This document shows, one piece after another, positions 20,891 through 30,308 of a DNA stretch of 64,000 bases. Origin of the DNA: Bacteroidia bacterium (GTDB taxonomy: Bacteria; Bacteroidota; Bacteroidia; 2-12-FULL-35-15); contig JBDTFR010000022.1 of the NCBI GenBank assembly GCA_039937835.1, positions 5,769-69,768 of the forward strand, written 5' to 3'. The first letter of the stretch is position 1, and every line of letters begins with the position of its first letter. The notes beneath the pieces are model-generated. The model ran no database searches and was not told the DNA's origin. It saw only the letters and a list, made by a program, of their open reading frames with translations. A program made the translations under genes and the position numbers.

Positions 20891-21000
20891 TAAATATAAT
20901 AATTTAATAGTTCTGTTTGCCTTTTGTTTATTATATTACTGATATTTAATTATAATCAATCTAAATAGCTTTAGCGCAGTATTTATTAATCTTTTAAATA

Positions 21001-21008
21001 TTAAATTT
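21001..21008 (+). promoter_or_regulatory. Candidate -7 box (TAAATTTG) of the nuo operon promoter
   Basis: TAnnTTTG match about 47 nt upstream of nuoA. Confidence 0.3.
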
Positions 21009-21054
21009 GCATTCTAACCAAGCTTAAGAACTGGTAGATTTAATTTCTATTATT

Positions 21055-21432
21055 ATGTCCGCAGTCGTTTCAAGTACCCCTATAGATTTTTTACCCATCG
21101 TATTAATGTTTATTGTAGCCATGGGGTTTGTATTAACTACTTTGTTTGTAACACACAAATTAGGGCCTCAACGAAAATCAAAAATTAAAACAGATACCTT
21201 TGAGTGCGGTATTGAAGTTCAGGGAAACGCCCGTGTTCCCTTTTCTATAAAATATTTTTTAATAGCCATCTTATTTGTTTTATTTGATGTAGAAGTAATT
21301 TTTATGTACCCATGGGCCGTTAATTTTAAACATTTAGGAGTAAATGGGTTTTTAGGAATGTTAACGTTTGTGGCGTTTTTATTGGTAGGATTTTATTATA
21401 TAATTAAAAAAGGAGCATTAAAGTGGGAATAA
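21055..21432 (+). CDS. nuoA: NADH-quinone oxidoreductase subunit A
   Basis: 125 aa, 3 TM helices, FECG and PWA motifs. First gene of the nuoA-N cluster. Confidence 0.9.
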   Translation: MSAVVSSTPIDFLPIVLMFIVAMGFVLTTLFVTHKLGPQRKSKIKTDTFECGIEVQGNARVPFSIKYFLIAILFVLFDVEVIFMYPWAVNFKHLGVNGFLGMLTFVAFLLVGFYYIIKKGALKWE

Positions 21433-21486
21433 CTATTCACTAAAATATTCTGAAGAATATAATAAAGATGATTAAAAGAATTTAAA

Positions 21487-22044
21487 ATGAGTAAAATAGA
21501 AAAATCAAACATCGATATTATTTCTGCTCCAGCAGGAATAGAAGGACCAGGTTTTTTTGCAACCAGTATTGATAAAGTGGTTGGTATGGCACGTGCAAAT
21601 TCGTTATGGCCATTGCCGTTTGCGACTTCTTGTTGTGGAATAGAATTTATGTCAACCATGTCCTCTACCTATGATTTGGGTCGGTTTGGTTCAGAGCGGT
21701 TAAGTTTTTCACCTCGGCAAGCAGATTTGTTGATGGTGATGGGAACCATAGCCAAAAAAATGGGACCTATTTTGCGTCAAGTATATGAGCAAATGGCTGA
21801 ACCAAGATGGGTTTTGTCAATGGGTGCCTGTGCATCAAGTGGTGGTATTTTTGATACATACAGTGTATTGCAAGGCATAGATAGAATTATTCCAGTAGAT
21901 GTCTACGTTCCTGGATGCCCTCCTAGACCCGAACAAGTGTTGGACGGCATTATGCAAATACAAAGATTAGTAGAAACAGAATCGATCAGACGTAGAGACA
22001 CTCCACAATACAAGGAGATGCTTGCAAAATATAATATAGAGTAA
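21487..22044 (+). CDS. nuoB: NADH-quinone oxidoreductase subunit B
   Basis: CCGIEFM, GACASSGG and VPGCPP motifs (N2 cluster ligands). Confidence 0.95.
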   Translation: MSKIEKSNIDIISAPAGIEGPGFFATSIDKVVGMARANSLWPLPFATSCCGIEFMSTMSSTYDLGRFGSERLSFSPRQADLLMVMGTIAKKMGPILRQVYEQMAEPRWVLSMGACASSGGIFDTYSVLQGIDRIIPVDVYVPGCPPRPEQVLDGIMQIQRLVETESIRRRDTPQYKEMLAKYNIE

Positions 22045-22052
22045 CAAAGGTT

Positions 22053-22559
22053 ATGGATCAAACCCTTTTAGATACAGTAGGCGAAAAGTTAAAAAAAGAA
22101 TTTGGTGGTGGATTAGTTTCCTCAGAAATGCTTCGTGATTACCCAGTATTTACTGTACATAGAGAGATAATAGCAGAAGTTATAAAATTTCTTTATAACA
22201 ATGAAGAATTAGCATTTCAATACTTAACCACCCTTGCTGGGCTTCATTACCCAGACCATAAAGGGCAAGAGTTAGGGATTATGTACCAACTACATAATTT
22301 ACCAAAAAATTTACGCATTCGATTAAAAATATTTTTTAGTATTAATGACCCCTATGTTTCAACAATAACTCCTACTTTTAGTGCCGCAAATTGGATGGAA
22401 CGGGAAGCATTCGATTTCTATGGAATCATTTTTAAAGGTCATCCAAATTTAAAACGCATATTAAACGTAGAAGATATGACCTATCACCCCTTGCGCAAAG
22501 AATATCCATTAGAAGATGGCACAAGGGAAGATAAAGACGATAAAATGTTTGGAAGATAA
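22053..22559 (+). CDS. nuoC: NADH-quinone oxidoreductase subunit C
   Basis: 168 aa, ERE(A/V)FD(F/L)YGI motif. Separate from nuoD. Confidence 0.9.
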   Translation: MDQTLLDTVGEKLKKEFGGGLVSSEMLRDYPVFTVHREIIAEVIKFLYNNEELAFQYLTTLAGLHYPDHKGQELGIMYQLHNLPKNLRIRLKIFFSINDPYVSTITPTFSAANWMEREAFDFYGIIFKGHPNLKRILNVEDMTYHPLRKEYPLEDGTREDKDDKMFGR

Positions 22560-22589
22560 CATACACCAACAGTAGCGTATTATACAATA

Positions 22590-23843
22590 ATGAGCAAAGC
22601 AAATAAAATACAAAAGATAAAGAAAGATTCAAGTACTTCTACTCCTGCAACTATTCAGGATCAGGAAGAAAAGGAATATACAACTCTTAATCTTGGTCCT
22701 ACGCACCCAGCCACCCATGGTATTTTTCAGAATGTATTAAAAATGGATGGTGAAATTATCATGGATTCCGAATCCACTATTGGTTATATTCATCGTGCAT
22801 TTGAAAAAATTGCAGAACGCAGACCATTTTATCAAATTACGACGCTAACCGATCGAATGAACTATTGTTCATCTCCAATCAATAATTTAGCGTGGCACAT
22901 GACCGTTGAAAAACTTATGGAGATTGAATTGCCGAAACGAGTACAATATCTTCGCGTAATAATTATGGAGCTGGCCCGAATTACAGACCATGTAATCTGT
23001 AACAGTGTTATTGGCGTTGATACAGGCGCTATGACAGGCTTTTTATATATTTATCAAATGCGTGAGCGGGTTTATGATATTTATGAAGAAATTTGTGGAG
23101 CTCGCTTAACAACTAATTTGGGGCGTATTGGAGGTTTAGAAAGAGATTTTACTCCAAAAGTATGGAGCTTGTTGGATAAATTTTTAAAAGATTTTATTCC
23201 AGCATTAGACGAGTTTGAGGCACTTTTAGTACGCAATCGAATTTTTATGGATCGCACCATTAAATGCGGACCCATATCTGCTGAAAGAGCTTTAAATTAT
23301 AGTTTTTCAGGCCCTAATTTACGAGCAGCAGGCGTAGATTATGATGTTCGTGTAATGAATCCCTACTCCTCTTATGAAGAATTCGATTTTATAATACCTA
23401 TTGGAACAAATGGAGATACGTATGATCGTTTTATGGTTCGTCAACAAGAGATGAGAGAAAGCGTAAAGATTATTCATCAAGCCATAGAAAAGGTAACGAA
23501 AGAACCAGCAGGAATTTTTCATGCAGATGTTCCTGATTTCTTTTTACCTCCTAAAGAAGAAGTGTACAATAACATGGAAGCCTTAATTTATCATTTTAAA
23601 ATAGTGATGGGTGAAACTGAAATTCCTAAAGGAGAAGTATATCACGCGGTAGAAGGAGGAAACGGAGAACTAGGTTTTTATTTGATTAGCGATGGAGGCA
23701 GAACACCTTATCGTTTACACATGCGTAGACCTTGTTTTATTTATTACCAAGCATACAAAGAAATGATTAAAGGAAGTTACCTCTCAGATGCCATTCTTAC
23801 CATGAGTAGTATGAATGTAATTGCAGGAGAATTAGACGCGTAA
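22590..23843 (+). CDS. nuoD: NADH-quinone oxidoreductase subunit D
   Basis: 417 aa, 49-kDa subunit motifs (LNLGPTHPATHG, RITDHV, final LDA). Confidence 0.95.
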   Translation: MSKANKIQKIKKDSSTSTPATIQDQEEKEYTTLNLGPTHPATHGIFQNVLKMDGEIIMDSESTIGYIHRAFEKIAERRPFYQITTLTDRMNYCSSPINNLAWHMTVEKLMEIELPKRVQYLRVIIMELARITDHVICNSVIGVDTGAMTGFLYIYQMRERVYDIYEEICGARLTTNLGRIGGLERDFTPKVWSLLDKFLKDFIPALDEFEALLVRNRIFMDRTIKCGPISAERALNYSFSGPNLRAAGVDYDVRVMNPYSSYEEFDFIIPIGTNGDTYDRFMVRQQEMRESVKIIHQAIEKVTKEPAGIFHADVPDFFLPPKEEVYNNMEALIYHFKIVMGETEIPKGEVYHAVEGGNGELGFYLISDGGRTPYRLHMRRPCFIYYQAYKEMIKGSYLSDAILTMSSMNVIAGELDA

Positions 23844-23872
23844 AAAATTAAATTAATTTAAAAACAAAATAT

Positions 23873-24514
23873 ATGAAAACAACTTTAAAATTACTTGCCC
23901 TTATTTCCATTTTAACAATTACTTCATGCGGTGTTAAAGATGTAGTAATGAAACGAAAATACAATAAAGGGTATTATGTAGATATAAACAATAATAAACA
24001 AAAGGCGAATAAGAACAACATAGTAGAACAACCTGCTTCAGCTTCACCAATAACAAGTGTTAGCGAAGAGCAGAAATTAACATTCGAGATTGCTCAGCAA
24101 GAACAAAATCAAGTAACTGATGCAGATTTAACTGCTACCGCAGATAAGACCCATCCATATATTAAAACCAAAGCTCCTGTAGACTTTAGTACAAAAAAAA
24201 ATCAAAAAACCAATACAATAAAAACAGATTCGAAAAACAATACTGTTGTTGTAAAAGAAAATTTTAAAACAAAAATTTTAAAACGAATAGTAGGGAAAAA
24301 AATTCAATCAACTGCAAATAACAAAACTACTTCTGCAAATACTTTATTATTAGTTATTTTATCACTTTTCCCTATACTTGCACTAATAGCGATATACATC
24401 AAAGATGGCAATAGAATAACTACCAACTTTTGGGTAGATCTACTTTTACATTTCATATTTTTATATTGGCTATTTGCATTGCTAGTAGTATTAGATGTCA
24501 TTAATTTAGCTTAG
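23873..24514 (+). CDS. Lipoprotein / membrane protein of unknown function embedded in the nuo operon
   Basis: Signal peptide with lipobox (ILTITSCG), a K/T/N-rich low-complexity middle, and two C-terminal TM helices. Gaps to the flanking genes are 29 bp (nuoD) and 2 bp (nuoE). Confidence 0.55.
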   Translation: MKTTLKLLALISILTITSCGVKDVVMKRKYNKGYYVDINNNKQKANKNNIVEQPASASPITSVSEEQKLTFEIAQQEQNQVTDADLTATADKTHPYIKTKAPVDFSTKKNQKTNTIKTDSKNNTVVVKENFKTKILKRIVGKKIQSTANNKTTSANTLLLVILSLFPILALIAIYIKDGNRITTNFWVDLLLHFIFLYWLFALLVVLDVINLA

Positions 24515-24516
24515 AA

Positions 24517-25095
24517 ATGAATCAAGCCACTGACGGAAAGGAAAATAAAGGCAATACCATGCATATGATAGCATTTAACGGAGAAACGATGGAAGTCGTA
24601 AATAAAATTATTTCTCGTTATCCCGAAGGCAAACATAAATCTGCGTTAATACCCATTTTACATATTGCACAAGCAGAATTTGGTGGTTGGTTAAGTCCCG
24701 CAACAATGGATTACGTCGCATCGATCTTAAAGATTAAACCAGTGGAGGTGTATGAAGTAGCTTCCTTTTATTCCATGTATAATTTAAAACCCGTTGGTAA
24801 ATGTGTCTTAGATGTTTGTCGTACTTCTTCTTGTTGGGTGCGGGGAGCGGAGGATGTCATAAACCATTTAGAAAAGAGATTAGGCATTAAAGTAGGAGAA
24901 ACGACTGCTGATGGCATGTTTACTATTAAAACAGTAGAATGTTTAGGTAGTTGCGGAACAGCACCGATGATGCAAGTGGGCGCATCGTACCACGAAAATT
25001 TAACGCTTGAAAAAGTAGATGGCTTAATTGAAAACTATCGTAAAGAAGGAAAACAAAAAAGCTATACAGATTTAGATTATAAAAATACGTTATAA
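24517..25095 (+). CDS. nuoE: NADH-quinone oxidoreductase subunit E (2Fe-2S)
   Basis: Four cysteines of the thioredoxin-like [2Fe-2S] fold (CRTSSC ... CLGSCG). Confidence 0.9.
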   Translation: MNQATDGKENKGNTMHMIAFNGETMEVVNKIISRYPEGKHKSALIPILHIAQAEFGGWLSPATMDYVASILKIKPVEVYEVASFYSMYNLKPVGKCVLDVCRTSSCWVRGAEDVINHLEKRLGIKVGETTADGMFTIKTVECLGSCGTAPMMQVGASYHENLTLEKVDGLIENYRKEGKQKSYTDLDYKNTL

Positions 25096-25121
25096 CGCAA
25101 ATCCTTCTTTCTCTTTAGGAG

Positions 25122-26480
25122 ATGGTGGAGGTGAAGTATATGGGTAAAAAATTATTAATACATAACGTTAACATTCCTGAAATTGAAACGCTTGGAGTAT
25201 ATCGCCAACATGGTGGATATACTTCCGTTGAAAAAGCGTTAAAATCGATGACGCCCGCAGAGGTGGTGGAAGAGGTAAAAAAATCAGGCTTAAGAGGACG
25301 TGGTGGAGCAGGTTTCCCCACAGGAATGAAATGGAGTTTTCTTGCAAAACCAGAAGGCAAAGAGCGTTATCTTGTTTGCAATGCAGATGAATCGGAACCA
25401 GGAACCTTTAAAGATCGTTACTTGATGGAAAAAATTCCTCATGCATTGATTGAAGGAATGATTACTTCTAGCTTTGCATTAGGGGCAAAAACATCTTATA
25501 TCTATATACGTGGAGAATATTTTTATGTGGCGCGCATATTAGAAAAAGCGATTGAAGAGGCTTATGCTGCAGGCTTTTTAGGTAAAAATATTTTGGGTAC
25601 CGATTTTTCTCACGATTGTTATGTGCAAGTGGGTGCAGGTGCCTATATTTGTGGTGAAGAAACAGCACTATTAGAATCATTAGAAGGTAAACGAGGAAAT
25701 CCTCGTATTAAACCGCCATTCCCCGCAATAGCTGGTTTATATGGTTGCCCTACGGTAGTTAATAATGTAGAAACCATTGCAGCTGTTTGCCCTATTATAA
25801 ATATGGGTGGCGAAGAATATGCAAAAATTGGTATTGGTAGAAGCACGGGAACAAAACTCATCTCCGCATCAGGACATATTAATAAACCTGGCGTTTATGA
25901 AATTGAATTAGGTTTACCTGTTGAAGAATTTATTTATTCCGAAGAGTATTGTGGAGGAATTATAAACGGCAGAAAGTTAAAAGCTGTCGTAGCTGGTGGA
26001 TCATCTGTACCGATATTACCTGCAGAATTAATTTTAAAAAATGATAAAGGAGAACCTCGCTTAATGAGCTACGAATCATTAAGTGAAGGAGGCTTTGTAT
26101 CTGGTACGATGCTTGGCTCTGGCGGATTTATTGTATATGACGAAACCACGAGCATCGTGAAAAATTTATACACCTTCGCCCGATTTTATCATCACGAAAG
26201 TTGTGGACAATGTTCTCCTTGTCGCGAAGGAACTGGTTGGATGGATAAAATACTTCATAATATTTTAGAAGGACATGGGAAACCGTCGGATATAGATTTG
26301 CTGTGGGACGTGCAACGGAAGATAGAAGGAAATACTATTTGTCCACTAGGTGACGCTGCTGCATGGCCAGTAGCCAGTGCTATTCGTCATTTTCGTGCAG
26401 AATTTGAAGAGTACGTAAATCATTTTAAAAACATTAAAGAGGTGAAGCACTATTATAGTGTAAATAATATAAGTGTGTAA
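25122..26480 (+). CDS. nuoF: NADH-quinone oxidoreductase subunit F (FMN, NADH-binding, 4Fe-4S)
   Basis: GRGGAGFPTGMKW, the CNADESEPGTFKDR FMN site, and ESCGQCSPCREG. Confidence 0.95.
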   Translation: MVEVKYMGKKLLIHNVNIPEIETLGVYRQHGGYTSVEKALKSMTPAEVVEEVKKSGLRGRGGAGFPTGMKWSFLAKPEGKERYLVCNADESEPGTFKDRYLMEKIPHALIEGMITSSFALGAKTSYIYIRGEYFYVARILEKAIEEAYAAGFLGKNILGTDFSHDCYVQVGAGAYICGEETALLESLEGKRGNPRIKPPFPAIAGLYGCPTVVNNVETIAAVCPIINMGGEEYAKIGIGRSTGTKLISASGHINKPGVYEIELGLPVEEFIYSEEYCGGIINGRKLKAVVAGGSSVPILPAELILKNDKGEPRLMSYESLSEGGFVSGTMLGSGGFIVYDETTSIVKNLYTFARFYHHESCGQCSPCREGTGWMDKILHNILEGHGKPSDIDLLWDVQRKIEGNTICPLGDAAAWPVASAIRHFRAEFEEYVNHFKNIKEVKHYYSVNNISV

Positions 26481-26683
26481 GAGAAGAAACCCAAAAATCA
26501 GAAGAAAAAGAAGTGCAATACTTGATGTAGGTAATTGAAGAAGGTTGTGATTTGAATACGGATTTAATGAAAATTGATAAAAATGAATTACATGAAATTT
26601 CAAAAGTACTTGGTTAAATAATTATTAATTTAAAAAAATAATTTTAATCTTTTGAGTTTTGAATTTCAACTTTTGACTTAAAT

Positions 26684-27673
26684 ATGAAAGTAACAATAGA
26701 CGGACAAACCATTGAAGTGCCTGATGGAACAACCATTTTGCAAGCAGCAAGAATGATTGTTCAAGATTCAAATTATCAGGGCGCAAATGTTGCTCCTCCA
26801 GCAATGTGTTTTTATACAAGTTTAAAAACAAGTGGAGGTTATTGTCGTACCTGCATGGTAAAAGTTACACAAGGTTCTGAAAAAGATCCTCGTCCAATGC
26901 CGAAGCTTGTAGTTTCGTGCCGTACCACTGTAATGGATGGCATGGTGGTAGAAAACATTATGTCGCCCGATGTGTTAGAAGCACGTAAAGGAGTAGTAGA
27001 ATTTTTATTAATTAACCATCCTTTAGACTGCCCTATATGCGACCAAGCTGGAGAGTGCGATTTACAAAATTTATCGTATGAGCATGGATTGGCAAAAACG
27101 CGTTACGAATTTAGACGTAGAACATTTGCTTTAGTTGATATTGGTCCTTACATTAAGTTACACATGACCCGTTGTATACTTTGTTACCGTTGTGTAAAAG
27201 TGGCCGATCAAATTACAAACAATAGAGTTCACGGCGTGATGTATCGTGGTGATGTTTCTGAAATTACTACCTACATAGAGAAAGTGATTGATAATGATTT
27301 TTCGGGGAATGTGATTGATGTTTGCCCTGTTGGCGCATTAACAGACAGAACATACCGTTTCAAAAGTCGGGTATGGTTTTCAAAACCGATGGATGCTCAT
27401 CGCGACTGTAAGAAATGTTGCGGCAAAGTGGCATTATGGTTTAAAGGCGATGAAGTAATAAGAGTAACTGCTCGTAAAGATCAGTGGGGAGAAGTTTCAG
27501 AATGGATTTGTAACGAATGCCGTTTTGAGAAAAAGAAAATGGCTGATTGGGTAATTGAAAGACCAACACACATTGATAGGCATTCTGTTATTTCTGCTAA
27601 TCATTACGAAGTATTGGCTCAATTAAAACTAGATATTAGTAAACATCAAAATCAACTTAAAGATAAAAAATAA
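26684..27673 (+). CDS. nuoG: NADH-quinone oxidoreductase subunit G, short (~330 aa) Bacteroidota form
   Basis: N-terminal 2Fe-2S ferredoxin fold (CRTCMV), the His-ligated 4Fe-4S region (HPLDCPICDQAGECDLQ), and CILCYRCV. It lacks the molybdopterin-like C-terminal half. Confidence 0.85.
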   Translation: MKVTIDGQTIEVPDGTTILQAARMIVQDSNYQGANVAPPAMCFYTSLKTSGGYCRTCMVKVTQGSEKDPRPMPKLVVSCRTTVMDGMVVENIMSPDVLEARKGVVEFLLINHPLDCPICDQAGECDLQNLSYEHGLAKTRYEFRRRTFALVDIGPYIKLHMTRCILCYRCVKVADQITNNRVHGVMYRGDVSEITTYIEKVIDNDFSGNVIDVCPVGALTDRTYRFKSRVWFSKPMDAHRDCKKCCGKVALWFKGDEVIRVTARKDQWGEVSEWICNECRFEKKKMADWVIERPTHIDRHSVISANHYEVLAQLKLDISKHQNQLKDKK

Positions 27674-27727
27674 TTAAGTAAATTTTTCTAAACATCTGAA
27701 TCGAGAAGTTTGGGACTGTAATAAAAT

Positions 27728-28768
27728 ATGACAACAGACTATTTAATATATAAATCAATTTTGGTGGTAGTAATATTTTTAATTACGCTACTAATTGCCA
27801 TGTATAGCACTTACGCAGAACGTAAAGTTGCTGCATTTATTCAAGATAGGGTTGGACCAGATAGGGCAGGACCATTTGGTATTCTTCAACCTTTGGCAGA
27901 TGGAATTAAAATGTTTATGAAAGAAGAAATAATACCCAGCGCTTCTAACAAAGCATTGTTTATTATTGGCCCAGGGGTAGTCATGTTAACGGCTAGCATG
28001 ACGGGAGTGGTTATTCCATGGGGTCCGGCATTAGAAATTAATGGTACTAGCTATCCTTTACAAATTACAGATTTAAATATTGGGATTCTCTATCTGTTCG
28101 GTGTAATATCATTAGGAGTATATGGTATTATGATAGGTGGTTGGGCATCAAACAACAAATTCTCCTTACTAGGAGCGCTTCGTGCGTCGTCACAAATGAT
28201 TAGTTACGAAATAGCAATGGGCTTATCTATTATTGCATTGGTGATGACAACAGGTACCTTGAGCTTAGGCCAAATTGCTGCTCAACAAAATGGATGGCAT
28301 TGGAATGTGCTTATTCAACCATTAGGTTGTTTAATATTTATTATTTGCGCTTTTGCAGAAACCAACCGTGCGCCTTTTGATTTACCAGAATGCGAAACGG
28401 AATTAGTAGGAGGTTATCATACCGAATACAGTTCTATGAAATTGGGATTCTTTTTATTTGCTGAATACATTAACATGTTTATTTCTTCAGCAGTAATAGC
28501 AACATTTTATTTTGGTGGTTATAATATGCCATTTATTGGTCGTTTTGTGCAAGACCCAAATTGGCTAGCCAGTTTAGGCGTAGTGTTTATGTTTGCCAAA
28601 GTGTTTTTCTTTATTTTCTTTTTTATGTGGGTACGATGGACATTGCCTCGTTTTAGATACGATCAATTGATGAACTTAGGCTGGAAAATATTAATACCTT
28701 TGTCCATCTTAAATGTAATAATAACAGGTGCTTGGATGATGCGCCATGAACTAATAAATTTATTTTAG
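27728..28768 (+). CDS. nuoH: NADH-quinone oxidoreductase subunit H
   Basis: 346 aa polytopic protein. AERKVAAFIQDRVGP and ETNRAPFDLPE(C)E motifs. Confidence 0.95.
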   Translation: MTTDYLIYKSILVVVIFLITLLIAMYSTYAERKVAAFIQDRVGPDRAGPFGILQPLADGIKMFMKEEIIPSASNKALFIIGPGVVMLTASMTGVVIPWGPALEINGTSYPLQITDLNIGILYLFGVISLGVYGIMIGGWASNNKFSLLGALRASSQMISYEIAMGLSIIALVMTTGTLSLGQIAAQQNGWHWNVLIQPLGCLIFIICAFAETNRAPFDLPECETELVGGYHTEYSSMKLGFFLFAEYINMFISSAVIATFYFGGYNMPFIGRFVQDPNWLASLGVVFMFAKVFFFIFFFMWVRWTLPRFRYDQLMNLGWKILIPLSILNVIITGAWMMRHELINLF

Positions 28769-28780
28769 CGGCTTAGAATA

Positions 28781-29380
28781 ATGCAATTAACCAATAGATC
28801 AAAAGTAGTTGTTAAAAAAGATATGACCTTCCTAGAACGGTTATATCTACCTGCTATTTTTAGCGGAATGATAATTACCCTTAAACATCTTTTTAAAAAG
28901 TCGGTTACCATAAAATACCCAGAGCAAACACGACCATTCAGTAAAATCTACCGTGGACAACATGTATTAAAACGAGACGATGCAGGAGCAGAGCGTTGCA
29001 CGGCCTGCGGTTTATGTGCAGTTGCATGTCCAGCTGAAGCAATTACCATGACAGCAGCAGAACGTAAACCCGGTGAAGAACATTTATATAGGGAAGAAAA
29101 ATACGCTGCTGTATACGAAATAAATATGCTTCGTTGTATCTTTTGTGGCGATTGTGAAGAAGCTTGTCCTAAAGAAGCCATCTTCTTAACGGATAGAAAA
29201 GTAGATAGTCTTTATAAGCGTAATAAATTTATTTTTGGTAAAAGCATTTTAGTAGAGGGAATGGCAGAAGGAGAAAGGATTGATGTTTCAGCGCGCCAAA
29301 CACCTGAAGTTGCAGAGTTTAAGAAAAATAAAAATATGCAACACAATATATTGTTTGATAAAAAACAACTAAGGAAATAA
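28781..29380 (+). CDS. nuoI: NADH-quinone oxidoreductase subunit I (2x4Fe-4S)
   Basis: Two CxxCxxCxxxCP motifs (CTACGLCAVACP, CIFCGDCEEACP). The true start may be the internal ATG at 28823. Confidence 0.9.
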   Translation: MQLTNRSKVVVKKDMTFLERLYLPAIFSGMIITLKHLFKKSVTIKYPEQTRPFSKIYRGQHVLKRDDAGAERCTACGLCAVACPAEAITMTAAERKPGEEHLYREEKYAAVYEINMLRCIFCGDCEEACPKEAIFLTDRKVDSLYKRNKFIFGKSILVEGMAEGERIDVSARQTPEVAEFKKNKNMQHNILFDKKQLRK

Positions 29381-29427
29381 TTGATAAAGAGCAGTAAGCT
29401 ACTAATCAATAACCAGTAATAATTTAT

Positions 29428-29928
29428 ATGATCACAACATACCTATTCTACCTACTATCTTTTTTAGCGATCATGTTCGCGTTAATGGTAGTCCTTTCAA
29501 AAAACCCTATACACAGTGTATTGTATTTAGTTCTTACCTTTTTTACAATTGCAGGCCATTATGTTTTATTAAATGCACAATTTCTTGCCGCAGTTCATAT
29601 CATTGTATATGCAGGTGCTATTATGGTATTATTTCTTTTTATAATAATGCTTTTAAACTTAAATAAAGAAACAGAACCACATAAAAGTGTTTGGTTAAAA
29701 ACATCAGCAGCTATTGCTTCAGGTTTATTATTAGTAGTATTAGTAGGCTCTTTAAGAGGGGCAGCGGCTATTAATGTGACAACCCCCTTTAACACAAATA
29801 TTGGTTTAATAGAAAATTTAGGGAAAACATTATTTAATGAATTTTTATTGCCGTTTGAAGTCGTGTCTATACTATTGTTATCAGCCATGGTGGGTGCAGT
29901 AATGTTGGGTAAAAAAAGTATAAAATAA
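29428..29928 (+). CDS. nuoJ: NADH-quinone oxidoreductase subunit J
   Basis: 166 aa, 5 TM helices, at the nuoJ position. Confidence 0.85.
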   Translation: MITTYLFYLLSFLAIMFALMVVLSKNPIHSVLYLVLTFFTIAGHYVLLNAQFLAAVHIIVYAGAIMVLFLFIIMLLNLNKETEPHKSVWLKTSAAIASGLLLVVLVGSLRGAAAINVTTPFNTNIGLIENLGKTLFNEFLLPFEVVSILLLSAMVGAVMLGKKSIK

Positions 29929-29937
29929 AATTTAACT

Positions 29938-30255
29938 ATGTCAGCAATTCAAGTAATTCCTATCAATTGGTACCTTTTGTTAAGCACTGTGCTTTTTACA
30001 ATAGGTGTTTTAGGTGTTTTGTTTCGGCGCAATGCCATTATCATTTTTATGTCAATTGAATTAATGTTAAATGCCGTTAACTTATTACTGGTGGCATTTT
30101 CAAGCTACTTATCAGATAGTAAAGGACAAGTTTTTGTGTTTTTTATTATGGCAGTAGCAGCCGCTGAAGTGGCCGTAGGACTGGCTATTTTAATGATGGT
30201 GAATCGCAATACAAAATCATCTGACATTAATATATTGAATAAATTAAAATGGTAA
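29938..30255 (+). CDS. nuoK: NADH-quinone oxidoreductase subunit K
   Basis: 105 aa, 3 TM helices, [12 protein letters not shown] motif. Confidence 0.9.
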   Translation: MSAIQVIPINWYLLLSTVLFTIGVLGVLFRRNAIIIFMSIELMLNAVNLLLVAFSSYLSDSKGQVFVFFIMAVAAAEVAVGLAILMMVNRNTKSSDINILNKLKW

Positions 30256-30308
30256 AAGAAAAGCGCAACGGAATAGGTTACACTTTTTTAATAGATAAAA
30301 AATAAAAT

